Shown here: positions 12,196 through 23,419 of the stretch, one piece after another | Layout of the letters: every line of letters begins with the position of its first letter | How positions within the stretch are numbered: position 1 is the stretch's first letter | Origin: Nemertoderma westbladi | Taxonomy: Eukaryota; Animalia; Xenacoelomorpha | Length of the DNA stretch: 34,835 nucleotides | NCBI GenBank assembly: GCA_032718475.1 | Contig: JAUCBJ010007233.1 | Coordinates: forward strand, 1-34,835 | Direction: 5' to 3' | The notes under the pieces: model-generated | The model's database searches: none | Told to the model about the DNA's origin: nothing | What the model saw: only the letters and a program-made list of their open reading frames with translations | Position numbers and translations under genes: made by a program

Positions 12196-13136
12196 AGGAA
12201 ATCCCTTAAAGTATGATCCCGTTTAAACACTACTGCAAACTGAAACTTGATATTATGGAATACAGGAACTGGAACTAGAAATGAATTCTCCAAGATTTAA
12301 AACTTAAAGTATAATTTATAAATTGGAAATAAATACACAAAGATTACAATGTGTGTAATTAGTGCCAGGGAATTGGATAAATATCACTGCATTACGGGAC
12401 ATTTTGTAAAAACTATTTACTGCAAGTCATATAATCCCGCACTTTTATAAGAACAATAAGAACAAGGCGTTTTAAATGACGAGCGCCAGATGAGGTTGTA
12501 AAATTGTACTGCAATAAATTAGAAAAATGGAAAATCTTTAATTAAACTTTAGTTAATTAAAATTCTGCGTTATATTTGATTTAAGTGGTTTTGGTTAATT
12601 GCGGCTTTCTTAACTAATATCCCATATTCAATTACGTAAAGGGAAATACAAAGGGAAATAAAGACGATTTAGAAAACCATTTGCTTATAATTATGTATTC
12701 AATGTAAGTTACGTCTTCTACCTCCAATATTTACCGGTTGGGGAAATAAATAATGACAATAAGTCACTAAAAAATGGGGCACAATGTGGCAAAGGCAACA
12801 CCGTATCTGTGTCTACGACAGATCAACTCATTATTAATTAATTAGTAAATTAAAAATGTTATATATATATAGAACTATGCAATGTATAATATTTAGAGAT
12901 ATAAATAGTTAAAAATAAGGTTAAACCTTCAACCCAAAAGCTACAAATATATAAGAGATCGACTTTTAGGTTTTTAAACGAACTGAAAACAATTATAAAA
13001 ATATCTCGCTAAAAATAACTAATTAAAATATAAAATGTACAAAGTATCCCCAACTACCTAGATGGCGTGACTCCTGTATAACCATGGATGGAGTGAATCA
13101 AATGGAATTATTATAATAATTAGTTTATCTCGTTTA

Positions 13137-15125
13137 AATAAACGGTATACGGGGTATTCCATGCGAAATAAACCGTATAAGGGGTATTCCATGCGAAATA
13201 AACCGTATAAGGGGTATTCCATGCGAAATAAACGGTATACGGGGTATTCCATGCGAAATAAACGGTATATGGGGTATTCCATGCGAAATAAACGGTATAC
13301 GGGGTATTCCATGCGAAATAAACCGTATAAGGGGTATTCCATGCGAAATAAACCGTATACGGGGTATTCCATGCAAAATAAACCGTATAAGGGGTATTCC
13401 ATGCGAAATAAACGGTATACGGGGTATTCCATGCGAAATAAACGGTATATGGGGTATTCCATGCGAAATAAACGGTATACGGGGTATTCCATGCGAAATA
13501 AACCGTATAAGGGGTATTCCATGCGAAATAAACCGTATACGGGGTATTCCATGCAAAATAAACCGTATAAGGGGTATTCCATGCGAAATAAACCATATAA
13601 TGGGTATTCCATGCGAAATAAACCGTATAAGGGGTATTCCATGCGAAATAAACGGTATACGGGGTATTCCATGCGAAATAAACCGTATACGGGGTATTCC
13701 ATGCGAAATAAACGGTATACGGGGTATTCCATGCGAAATAAACCGTATACGGGGTATTCCATGCGAAATAAACCGTATAAGCGGTATTCCATGCGAAATA
13801 AACGGTATACGGGGTATTCCATGCGAAATAAACCGTATACGGGGTATTCCATGCGAAATAAACGGTATACGGGGTATTCCATGCGAAATAAACCGTATAA
13901 GGGGTATTCCATGCGAAATAAACCGTATAAGGGGTATTCCATGCGAAATAAACGGTATACGGGGTATTCCATGCAAAATAAACCGTATAAGGGGTATTCC
14001 ATGCGAAATAAACGGTATACGGGGTATTCCATGCGAAATAAACGGTATAAGGGGTATCCCATGCGAAATAAACGGTATATGGGGTATTCCATGCGAAATA
14101 AACCGTATAAGGGGTATTCCATGCGATATAAACCGTATACGGGGTATTCCATGCGAAATAAACCATATACGGGGTATTCCATGCGAAATAAACCGTATAC
14201 GGGGTATTCCATGCGAAATAAACCGTATAAGGGATATTCCATGCGAAATAAACGGTATAAGGGGTATTCCATGCAAAATAAACGGTATATGGGGTATTCC
14301 ATGCGAAATAAATGGTATACGGGGTATTCCATGCGAAATAAACCGTATAAGGGGTATTCCATGCGAAATAAACGGTATACGGGGTATTCCATGCGAAATA
14401 AACGGTATAAGGGGTATTCCATGCGAAATAAACCGTATAAGGGGTATCCCATGCGAAATAAACGGTATACGGGGTATTCCATGCGAAATAAACCGTATAA
14501 GGGGTATTCCATGCGAAATAAACCGTATACGGGGTATTCCATTCGAAATAAACCGTATAAGGGGTATTCCATGCGAAATAAACGGTATACGGGGTATTCC
14601 ATGCGAAATAAACCGTATAATGGGTATTCCATGCGAAATAAACCGTATATAAGGGGTATTCCATGCGAAATAAACCGTATAATGGGTATTCCATGCGAAA
14701 TAAACCGTATAAGGGGTATTCCATGCGAAATAAACGGTATACGGGGTATTCCATGCGAAATAAACCGTATAAGGGGTATTCCATGCGAAATAAACCATAT
14801 ACGGGGTATTCCATTCGAAATAAACCGTATAAGGGGTATTCCATGCGAAATAAACGGTATACGGGGTATTCCATGCGAAATAAACCGTATAATGGGTATT
14901 CCATGCGAAATAAACCGTATATAAGGGGTATTCCATGCGAAATAAACCGTATAATGGGTATTCCATGCGAAATAAACCGTATAATGGGTATTCCATGCGA
15001 AATAAACGGTATAAGGGGTATTCCATGCGAAATAAACCGTATACGGGGTATTCCATTCGAAATAAACCGTATAAGGGGTATTCCATGCGAAATAAACCGT
15101 ATATAAGGGGTATTCCATGCGAAAT
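13137..15125. repeat. Satellite, 30-bp unit AAATAAAC(C/G)GTATA(A/C)GGGGTATTCCATGCG, ~66 copies, with higher-order structure
   Basis: Read directly. A 180-bp block (13201-13380) is duplicated at 13381-13560. Units with +2 bp occur near 14648, 14920 and 15102. Confidence 0.98.
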
Positions 15126-15780
15126 TTACAAAAAATTTAGAATTTTTTAGATTTAATAAATTGTTGCCTCTGATAAGTTTCCTTCTAACCTTTTTATATT
15201 TTATGTTTTTATATTCATCTGATATACCGGTACCGGTAACTAACATATGTTTTGCTCAGTTCACTCAATCCTTGAAAACTATATAACGGGGGGGGGGGGG
15301 GGGGGGGGGGGTGTGGCTAAAGAAATAAGGACGATAATTTCGAAATTAACTCGAAATATTCTACGAAATATATAAAACCGGTTTAACTTTTTACAATAGC
15401 CACTGACACAAAATGGCAGCCATTAGGCCAGGGTATATAATAATGTAATATCTCATCTCGCGAACAAATAAATGATAATTATATATAAAATATATAAATT
15501 TGGGAATGTCCATCTGTGTCCATATAAACACATATTAAAGTTTGTGTTTATTTATGTTATTAATAAATCGAGTTATATTGGGTCTTCTTTATAAGGGAGT
15601 ATCTAAGCCATGATTCTACGTAAAACAAGTTCCTTTTATCATATGGTAATTTCGTGCATTAACACACGTCTTCAGTGATATAAATATATATTAAAATGTT
15701 TACATAATTTACATATTAAAATTAGTACGTTCGTGGTTAAATTTAATTGAATAATATCCTGTAAAAGATACTATATTTAT

Positions 15781-15899
15781 TGTCTGTTCGAGAACGGAAT
15801 ATACGGATATAATCGAATTAATCTGTATAACTATATATAATAACTGTTATACATTATTTATTTGCTTCTATATCCGTATATTCCGTTCTCGAACAGACA
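15781..15899. mobile_element. 119-bp hairpin MITE with perfect 31-bp TIRs
   Basis: TGTCTGTTCGAGAACGGAATATACGGATATA ... TATATCCGTATATTCCGTTCTCGAACAGACA, flanked by TTAT / TTAA. Confidence 0.8.
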
Positions 15900-15902
15900 T
15901 TA

Positions 15903-16647
15903 ATTAGTTTATCATTCATTCGAGCTTTTTGCTGAGGGTGGGTAAGAAATTAGTTACTTTGATGCTCAGAGGTTTGCTGTACAGTACTTTAGTATTTATT
16001 AACATGATAAATCAATTTGCTTGTATTTATGTTCGATGCTCAACAACACCCACTGTCGTTTTGTTTCCACATATCATATTATTATTACAAACTTTCATCT
16101 TTGTAGTTTCGACTCAAAAAAAACCCCTTAAAGACAAAACGGGAGGTTATCTTCTAACCATTGTTGTCGCCTCCAATGCTACAAGTTCGCCTCTACAGTA
16201 AGCAGTAAACAGCAACAATTATTTTTGAAAATAATTCTTTATTTTGGCATACAGTAATGCATCTCAATTTCCTTTCCTTAATGATTTTAATTTCGCATTC
16301 TTACGAAAACTTTATTCTACTTTATTATTGGGCAAATCCAAACAGACTGATAAGTTACGGTAGGCTTATTCTCTCCAAAATCAGCACAAAACGTGTAGAT
16401 TAAGTTTAGCTACTTCCATCGCAGTTCCACCTTGCGTTGCAGTAGTTGAGTAGCTTTAAATATATAGTTTTTTTAGTACAATCGATTACTAGCTATAGCT
16501 AGTATTATCTTATAATATTTCCCACAATCTTGAATAAATTCAAGTTTCGAGTATATTACCTCGAAAAATCAGGATTATACGGATATAATACTGGTTTGTT
16601 GCCCCGGCAACGTGTAGACAAAAAGCGAGAATTAATGATAATCTAAT
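15903..16647. mobile_element. Degenerate TIR element nested in the left arm of the foldback
   Basis: ATTAGTTTATCATTCATTCGAGCTTTTTG pairs with CAAAAAGCGAGAATTAATGATAATCTAAT (~4 mismatches in 29). Confidence 0.6.
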
Positions 16648-16779
16648 ATATACGCGGCTATCGTGCAGTATATGTCTGGTTACGAGGACGCTATTAAATA
16701 ATTAAATACATAGAAATATGAGCAGTGATAAAAAGCGAGATTTGGCTGAGCCGTTTAAGTTATATCTTTTTATTTATTT

Positions 16780-17090
16780 TTACTTATTTTAACTTTTCAA
16801 AATCTAAATCTTATTCTAAATGCTAATAATTTGGATCTGCCCATCACCGCAAACTATTTTCTTACACTTACTACCCTTTGTACATACTACTCTACTACAC
16901 CTACTCAACCCCCCCCACCGGTGAGCAACTGTTTACTAGCCATGCTACTTGCTTGGCCTCCGTTGCCCTAAATTTTCTATATACACAATATATGTTTGTA
17001 TTGTTTTGAAATTAATCTGTAAACATTGTAATTATTTATATATTGATGTTAATTATTATTTGGCAAAATATACTTATGAATGAATGAATT
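16780..17090 (+). mobile_element. Possible LINE 3'-end fragment
   Basis: AT-rich 3'-UTR-like tract ending in a (TGAA)n microsatellite tail. Weak evidence. Confidence 0.3.
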
Positions 17091-17102
17091 AACTTAATTA
17101 AT

Positions 17103-17231
17103 TTTTTTCCACCTAGCCTTAGTCACACTTTTTTCCACCTAGCCTTAGTCACACTTTTTTCCACCTAGCCTTAGTCACACTTTTTTCCACCTAGCCTTAG
17201 TCCACTTTTTTCCACCTAGCCTTAGTCACAC
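17103..17231. repeat. Tandem repeat, 26-bp unit TTTTTTCCACCTAGCCTTAGTCACAC x5
   Basis: Read directly. Confidence 0.95.
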
Positions 17232-17585
17232 TTCACATTTTATAGATTTTTCATCCGAATGGTACTTTATTTTACTGGTACTTTTACTTTAATTTATCCT
17301 CCATGTGAGCCAAATCTCGCTTTTTATCACTGCTAATATTTTTATTTATTTTTATTATTTAATAGCATCCTCGCAACCACTGCACGATAGCCGCGTATAA
17401 TTCAGTATCTTTTACAGGATATTATTCAATTAAATTTAACTGTGTATGGTCTAATTTTAATATGTAAATGATGTACACATTTTAATATATATTTACTATA
17501 TTATCTGTATTAAAATGAATGAATATATATATATATATATCACTGAAGACGTGTGTTAATGAACGAAATGGCCTGGCCATATTAT

Positions 17586-18034
17586 CAGGCCACTTTAATT
17601 TGTAGAATTTTCAAGAATCTAGAAATTGGCTAGAACTTACGATTTTGGAGTTCTAGAAAATAAGGGTAAAAAAATGATGTTTTTTCTTGACTAGAGGCGC
17701 TTTCACTAAACATTTAAGCTAAAAATGGCAAACCGGGTGTAGCTGAACTTGACATCTGATAACATCGGCACTTTTTTTTTAAGATACACCCCGACGGGGT
17801 ATGACAATTTATTCATACAAACAAGATTCACAACTATGAAATAAAATATGGGATTAGTGTAAAGTAGGGATTAGTGTTTAGTGTGACGGTTTGTTTATAA
17901 ATAATAATTTAACAGTTGTTATAATATAAAACTTTACAACATCGGCAGTTTACAAGAGATAGTGGAAGTAAAACGGACAACGAGTCAGAGAGGGAGACTG
18001 GAATTCTACAAATTAAAGTGGCCTGCTCCGCCTG
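17586..18034. mobile_element. Non-autonomous hAT-like element nested in the right foldback arm
   Basis: TIR CAGGCCACTTTAATTTGTAGAATT / AATTCTACAAATTAAAGTGGCCTG(CTCCGCCTG). Approximate 8-bp TSD CATATTAT (17578-17585) / CATATTTA (18035-18042). It interrupts an otherwise colinear arm. Confidence 0.7.
17771..17937 (-). mobile_element. Short 5'-truncated poly(A)-tailed retro-insertion
   Basis: 10-bp direct repeat AACATCGGCA at 17761-17770 and 17938-17947. T9 run next to the left copy, AATAAA on the minus strand (~17808-17813) and a small hairpin ATAC-ACCCCG-A-CGGGGT. Confidence 0.6.
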
Positions 18035-18353
18035 CATATTTAATAAAATGAATTTGTTTTACTTAGAATCGTGGCTTAGATAGACCCTTATAAAGACCAA
18101 TTCGTACCATTTCTCAAGGGGAGTAGGGGGGGGGGGGGGGGGGGGGGGGAATCCACAATATTAGGTAATTGGGTAAAAATAACAAATTTTTACTGTAACT
18201 GTCTGAAAACCGATTCAAAATTTTTATAAATCAATAGAAAGCTCACAACTTCAACCAGTCACGACATTTATGGATGCCCCTAAAAAATTGGATACTACGT
18301 GGACAGATAACCTGTTGATGGAATGCGAGGCGAGGCCTACTCCATTAATTACT

Positions 18354-20237
18354 TTAAGGGAATCCTTTGAATGGTTCAGGGTTTTCTTTTTCCCCGCTAT
18401 TTCTTAGCTGTCTTAGTCGGGCCAACATTACCTCTGGTGTTATTCCACCGGCGTCTACTAGATGGGCCAACACGGACACAGCGTTCCGATAAAGGGGGAC
18501 CCCAGACCCCGATTGACTCACACTATCTATGTAGCGTCCCGAGACCCACTCATCAGGAGTAGCACAGCCCACCAATTGCTCACTTACATACTGAGACATG
18601 ACGGCCTTCTCGCTCTCATTAACGTCATTGTAGTCATTAATATCAGAGTTGTGTGGCTCCGTCTGCAAGTCTATGTCGTCCTCTAACTCAATGAGATCGA
18701 GCTTCCGAATAGTGGTAGGGTGGTAATAGTCTCGTGCGTGTCCATCTATCAATGGGTCCGTCCCATCCACCCGACAATAGTTCATCTCGGTCCATGCGCT
18801 GCGTTTAAGCGGGTAGGGTTGGATCGCGCCACTGAAGGTGGCGTAGCGAGCTGGGTGGCCAATGTAGTACAAGTTAAAATCATGGTTGAGGGATACATCT
18901 ATGAAAAGGTTGCAGGATGAGCTCGGGCTAGATGCGTGGAAGGAGAGGCGCGGGTGGCACAATGACAAGTGGCGCAGTAGCGCGCCAATCTGGACGCACG
19001 AGACTGAGCAAAATAAACAATGGGTTTGGTCCTTGGGCTTCGTCAGCTGTTGGTACGACTCGCCCTTCAATGATTTCGTCATGAAACGAAAGAACAGCTG
19101 AGGGTCCGAAGGTGTGGTTCCAGACACCTCCGACAATCGATCTGAGTCACTGGTCACCGCTGTCGATGATAAACTCACTGTATCTGAGGTGGTCCCATTC
19201 TCGGTCGGAGGAGGATTGTTCTCCCCGTTCCCCCAACGCACTCGGAACTGGATGTAACCCAAACTTCGTAGATAGTCCCTATCTCTCAGTTTATCCTTTG
19301 TCCCCCTTGGCATCACGCCTTCCCCCCCTGATGTTCTCACTTTATCCCCCCTTAGCAACCCACCATTCACTCTTGGTGTTCTTCCATTACTCCCTGTCTT
19401 TCTTATGTTCCCCTTTCGTGTTCCTCCATTTGCAACGACTTTCCCTTTAACTTCCCCTTTGTTCTTCCACCTTCCCCCAACATTCCCATCCTCTTCAAGG
19501 AAGAACTTGTAGTCGCCGTCATCAAAGATCATCTTTTTATCTTTGTCGATGACTATCAACTCCCGGGTCCTCAGTGGTGTACCAGGATGTGGTTCCGGAC
19601 AACCAGATAAGTCGGGTTCCAAACGGACGGATGTGCAAATAACCACGAATAATCCCGAACCTCCACTTAGCATGCAACTCGGGACAGTTACAGACTCTTT
19701 AATTGTTGAGTTTATTGCAATGAATAACTTATAATGGAACCGCATCTCCTGTTTATCTGCGGTCTCTTCCATAATATTAATGGTGACCGCGGCTTTCCGT
19801 GGAGGATTATGCCACAGAACATCCGGATACGAAACACGATGAATATCGAGTATTAAATCATGTTGCATTGGCGGCGGCAACCGAGTGGATATCGACAACA
19901 AACTCGAGTCTTTTAATTTTTTATTTAAATTATCAATATAATAATGAAGAGGTAGACGGGGATGTGGGCGAGCGAGTGCTAGTCCGTGTCTCGCCCTTCG
20001 CATGTAGCCTAGATTGCGGTGTAGGAACGCGGTGTGGCGTTCCTTCAGGAAACGGTAAACACGCACAGGCTTCACAAATTCATTCTCGAACTGTTCTCCT
20101 CTGTCTATTTCGCATCGCTCTCCGGTTTTTCGACGTCGCTTGTTACCAGAAATATTAGCACTTCCGTCCTCAAAGCACATCGCTACATGGGGTGATTTTC
20201 TTTTTTGCCCCTGTATTTGTCTTCTCCCCATTGACAT
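18354..20237 (-). CDS. SUZ12: Polycomb protein SUZ12 homologue (PRC2 core subunit), divergent, intron-free CDS, 627 aa
   Basis: N-terminal FENEFVKPVRVYRFLKERH..FLHRNLGYM (cf. SUZ12 FLQAFEKPTQIYRFLRTR..FLHRTLTYM). C2H2 finger CLFCSVSCVQIGALLRHLSLCHPRLSF (cf. [27 protein letters not shown]). VEFS-box GHARDYYHPTT and INDYNDVNESEKAVM (cf. GHNRLYFHSDT, IEEFSDVNEGEKEVM). Basic NLS-like KRRRK. Uninterrupted ORF with higher GC than the flanks. Confidence 0.92.
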   Translation of the reverse strand: MSMGRRQIQGQKRKSPHVAMCFEDGSANISGNKRRRKTGERCEIDRGEQFENEFVKPVRVYRFLKERHTAFLHRNLGYMRRARHGLALARPHPRLPLHYYIDNLNKKLKDSSLLSISTRLPPPMQHDLILDIHRVSYPDVLWHNPPRKAAVTINIMEETADKQEMRFHYKLFIAINSTIKESVTVPSCMLSGGSGLFVVICTSVRLEPDLSGCPEPHPGTPLRTRELIVIDKDKKMIFDDGDYKFFLEEDGNVGGRWKNKGEVKGKVVANGGTRKGNIRKTGSNGRTPRVNGGLLRGDKVRTSGGEGVMPRGTKDKLRDRDYLRSLGYIQFRVRWGNGENNPPPTENGTTSDTVSLSSTAVTSDSDRLSEVSGTTPSDPQLFFRFMTKSLKGESYQQLTKPKDQTHCLFCSVSCVQIGALLRHLSLCHPRLSFHASSPSSSCNLFIDVSLNHDFNLYYIGHPARYATFSGAIQPYPLKRSAWTEMNYCRVDGTDPLIDGHARDYYHPTTIRKLDLIELEDDIDLQTEPHNSDINDYNDVNESEKAVMSQYVSEQLVGCATPDEWVSGRYIDSVSQSGSGVPLYRNAVSVLAHLVDAGGITPEVMLARLRQLRNSGEKENPEPFKGFP

Positions 20238-20238
20238 T

Positions 20239-20295
20239 CTGGCATTACAGCATTAGGTATCGGTATTGATTTATTAAATTTTCGCGTAAACTTAC
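20239..20295 (-). other. Candidate 57-nt spliceosomal intron in the SUZ12 5' UTR
   Basis: Minus strand reads GTAAGT...CCTAAT (branch-point-like)...GCCAG, ending one base before the ATG. Confidence 0.5.
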
Positions 20296-21609
20296 AAATA
20301 TTGTAGGCCTACTGCCTCAATACAGCAATACTGCCCCTCTATTTCCAATCAGTCCTGTGTAATTTGCCTAACCTTTATAAAGTATATCTGTATGTACCGT
20401 ACTCGTACTGTCTGTCTTTGCAACTGTGGTTTGTCTTATTTTATAATATGTAACAAATGATTAGGCCTACTGTTAGGCGAAGTACGGTACCGGTTCAAAT
20501 CCCACTCGCTGACATACTTTTTTGTAATGACATTTTTAGCACTCAATCGGGACAAAATTGCAATTATAGCAGTATAGGCTAACCTTAAATTTGGTACCGG
20601 TATGCCTATAAAACATATACTGATATAGGATTGCATTTCTTTCCGGCGAAAAAGTAAATTAAAATATTTTTGTTGGAATTTCTTAAATTTTAGGCCTATT
20701 ACATATATTGAAAGAACATCGGTCGTAGAAAAGGTTTGCACGTAATGTGAGCAAAATCCATGCACACACCTGCACACTGAAAAGTTATTTCAACTTTAGG
20801 GTCTGCAAGGCGAACTCCAAAACGGAACTCAATATCCAATACCGGCAACCGGTAGGCCTATTGGTTTCTGTAGTTAAGAGGCTCTTTAGTTATGTAATAA
20901 ATATTCGAGAACACTAAATTATTTAACATTGAGTAAGGCAGCATCAGGAGTTTGAGTACCGGTACAATAATTGGATTCGCAGTAACTATGGCTATGGAAG
21001 CAATATAGTAAAATACTGTAGTTCAATTTATTTTGTATCACTAGGTGGGTAGGTAGGCCCTATATCGCATCGCTCTTCGCTCTATTTTTATTAAAGAATT
21101 GATCAACAAAAAAGTAGGTAGGCCTACCATACCAATAATTTAAGAATAAAATTACGTGTTAAATGGGGAAAAAAACGTGTAGAAATTTATTTTCAATATT
21201 CTCTCGACCCTTTATTAACCTCGGAGACGCTCGGTAAATAAAATCATTAAAATGCTTCGAGAATAGTGAAAAAAAGTTATACTTTTTTTCCCATGTAATA
21301 AATAACTATTACATTCAGTAATATTATTGGTAATTTGCCAGTTTGCATAGTGGACTGTCACTCTGTTAGGTATATGTCTGTCTATGTAATACAATAATAA
21401 AGGATTACGGAACAATGTTAGATGGACCCACAAAAACCGTAGTTCATACAGTAGTACCAGTATGCCAGTACCATAGCCGATTTTCCCCCTTCCTTTTCAG
21501 CTTTTAGTACCTAAAAACTGAATTTTTTGACACATTTTTTACATTTAAAATTAAAATTGAATATTGTGACTTTCTGACTTTGGCTGGCACTTTAATGTCA
21601 AAATTGCAA

Positions 21610-21705
21610 TATTCCGTATTCGGTAGGGCCTACCGAATTTGCCGAATTTTTTTTCAAATTCGGTTCGGTTTCGGTTCAGAAAAATTTTAAATGCGGTCGA
21701 TCCAT
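21610..21705. mobile_element. Degraded MITE end with (TTCGG)n subterminal motifs
   Basis: Clustered TTCGG / CCGAA motifs ending ...GGTCGATCC. No partner end found. Confidence 0.35.
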
Positions 21706-22212
21706 CATACACTGCTCATAAGAACAATTTTACATTCCTATTTTATCTGTTTGAGCGTTTCAAAGGTCAAAGCTTATCTTAGTAGCTAGTAGGCTATGTC
21801 TGTCTGTCATCTGTCTGTACGTTGAATCTACATAATAAATGTAAACAGTAAATGCAACATCAAAATTTTTAATATAAAAAAAGGTTTTTTTTAATTTTAA
21901 TTTATTTTATTATTATTATTATTTTGAGCATATTTAATTATTATTTGAATCTACCTCACTCATCACAGTTGTTCGCGATACGATTTTTTGAACTAAAATT
22001 GACAATTGTGAAAAAACTTGATGTGGTAGGGACAATCTGAAAATAGATTTGTCAGCCTTGCTTTATCTAATTATGTATAATGCATACGTGCAAAGCTTCT
22101 TCCCATGTATTAGTTCACCTTTGGTGACTGGACAGCTGGATGCAAATATATCTGGGCTGTATCTATCAATCGATAGCTTTAATACAGTTCTGCAGTTCAG
22201 TATATGCTTTGT

Positions 22213-22300
22213 TTGAAGTTGAAGTTGAAGTTTTTTATTAACATCGTACATAACAATAACATAAACAGCAAACAGCATATTAAAAACCGGTATATGGAGA
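22213..22300 (-). mobile_element. LINE 3'-tail remnant, AATAAA followed by (AACTTC)n
   Basis: TTGAAGTTGAAGTTGAAGTTTTTTATT, the same tail hexamer as the large LINE at 24724. Confidence 0.5.
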
Positions 22301-23110
22301 TTGTCTGTTTTAAAAATAATGCAACCAACATAATATTAAATATACAGTACAATCTGACAATGTTAGGGATAGCCCAAGGACTACTATACTACAGGACTGG
22401 CACACTGCCTGATCCGACTTCGCTAGCGAAGTCCATTAATTTCATACTGCTGTAAGCTGTACTACCTGAATAGCCTACTACTGTACTACAGTAGAATGAA
22501 TAGTTATAGCATAGCCTTATAGCTGTATTATAGGGGTGCATGTAAAGAGCGGACTGCGGATTGCGGACTACGGACTGCGGATTGTCAATTAAAAGCCCAA
22601 ATATGCGCGGTCAATTTGAATTATAGCATTATAATGTAAGAATCCGCTCTTTGTTGTCTGGACAAACGGCGGACTGAAGCCAGAAAATTGTAACCTGATT
22701 GGCTCAATCATTTACATAGGCCCAAAGGGAACTTTCCTGAATCCTCTTATTGGCTTAAATGTTTTCATTGTGACACAGAGATGGAAACCTATTATTTTGA
22801 AAACCTATTATGTAGGCAGTAGGAAGAACTCTTGAACTTTCAATAAAATCTCTCAGGTTAAGGCCGGTTCACTTTTAAGCATGATTCATTCGTAACTCTA
22901 CTTTGGATGAAGACTTTGGGACTACCTGACTACTGTAGTATGTACTTCTGCTGCCGAAGCAGAGTTATGCTTATTGCTTAAAAGGTGTGAACCGCGACCT
23001 TATAAGATATTCCTTGTTTGCTTGTTACTTAAATTAAAAGTTTTTACGTTGGGGTCGTCCAAAAAAAAGGGGGGGGGGGGGGGTGGGGGGAGGTTGGCTC
23101 GTACTGCCAC

Positions 23111-23158
<48 letters not shown>

Positions 23159-23260
23159 AATTTACAGGAACAAGAAAGTTGAGAACTTATAGGGTCCCAT
23201 AAATCACGATATGTATTATGTCTCTGTTAGTTGAAACAAAATTGGAACATAATTGAAACA
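23111..23260 (-). mobile_element. (ATT)n microsatellite, probably the tail of a short LINE 3' fragment
   Basis: About 15 ATT repeats adjacent to a weak hairpin (minus strand GGGACCCTAT-AAGTT-CTC-AACTT-TCTTGTTCC). Confidence 0.45.
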
Positions 23261-23419
23261 TATTAGTCGTACATACTAGTAGTGAAACATTATTTTTCCA
23301 AGATTGACCGACTTATTAGCGTTCAAACATTTCTGACGATGACAAGGACAGACGGGTCCACCACTTATACCCATATGCTAAGGCTCACCTGGACTTACGT
23401 TGCTCGCCCACAGTTAATC

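Larger units (their letters stand above)
7153..12232. mobile_element. Non-autonomous hAT-like DNA transposon (5.1 kb) filled with satellite arrays
   Basis: 18-bp TIRs TAGCGTTTAAACGAGATC (7153-7170) and GATCCCGTTTAAACACTA (12215-12232), 2 mismatches. 8-bp TSD CTGCGAAC (7145-7152) / CTGCAAAC (12233-12240). TAG terminus plus 8-bp TSD is typical of hAT. No transposase. Confidence 0.85.
15578..18101. mobile_element. Foldback / long-TIR non-autonomous element, both arms interrupted by younger insertions
   Basis: Left arm 15578-15772 plus 16649-16748 is the diverged reverse complement of right arm 17307-17580 plus 18035-18101. Examples: TTATAAGGGAGTATCTAAGCC / GGCTTAGATAGACCCTTATAA; TATACGCGGCTATCGTGCAGT / ACTGCACGATAGCCGCGTATA. 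Confidence 0.75.

Noticed and set aside
7152-12293. 1100-1376-aa ORFs in all six frames and the 200-280-aa ORFs over the 48-bp array
   Set aside because: They result from stop-free tandem units. The same three peptides cycle through every frame, there is no unique domain, and the region is bounded by transposon TIRs.
13058-15246. 350-708-aa repetitive ORFs (WNTPYTVYFA and similar)
   Set aside because: They are translations of a 30-bp satellite, and 2-bp indels switch frames freely, showing no coding constraint.
18100-18353. Poly(A) tail or TSD proving SUZ12 retroposition
   Set aside because: No A-tract or flanking direct repeat was found (the nearby tract is G/C), so a retrogene origin remains unproven.
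18371-20158. Short plus-strand ORFs antisense to SUZ12
   Set aside because: They are shadow ORFs of a GC-richer coding strand with no motifs.
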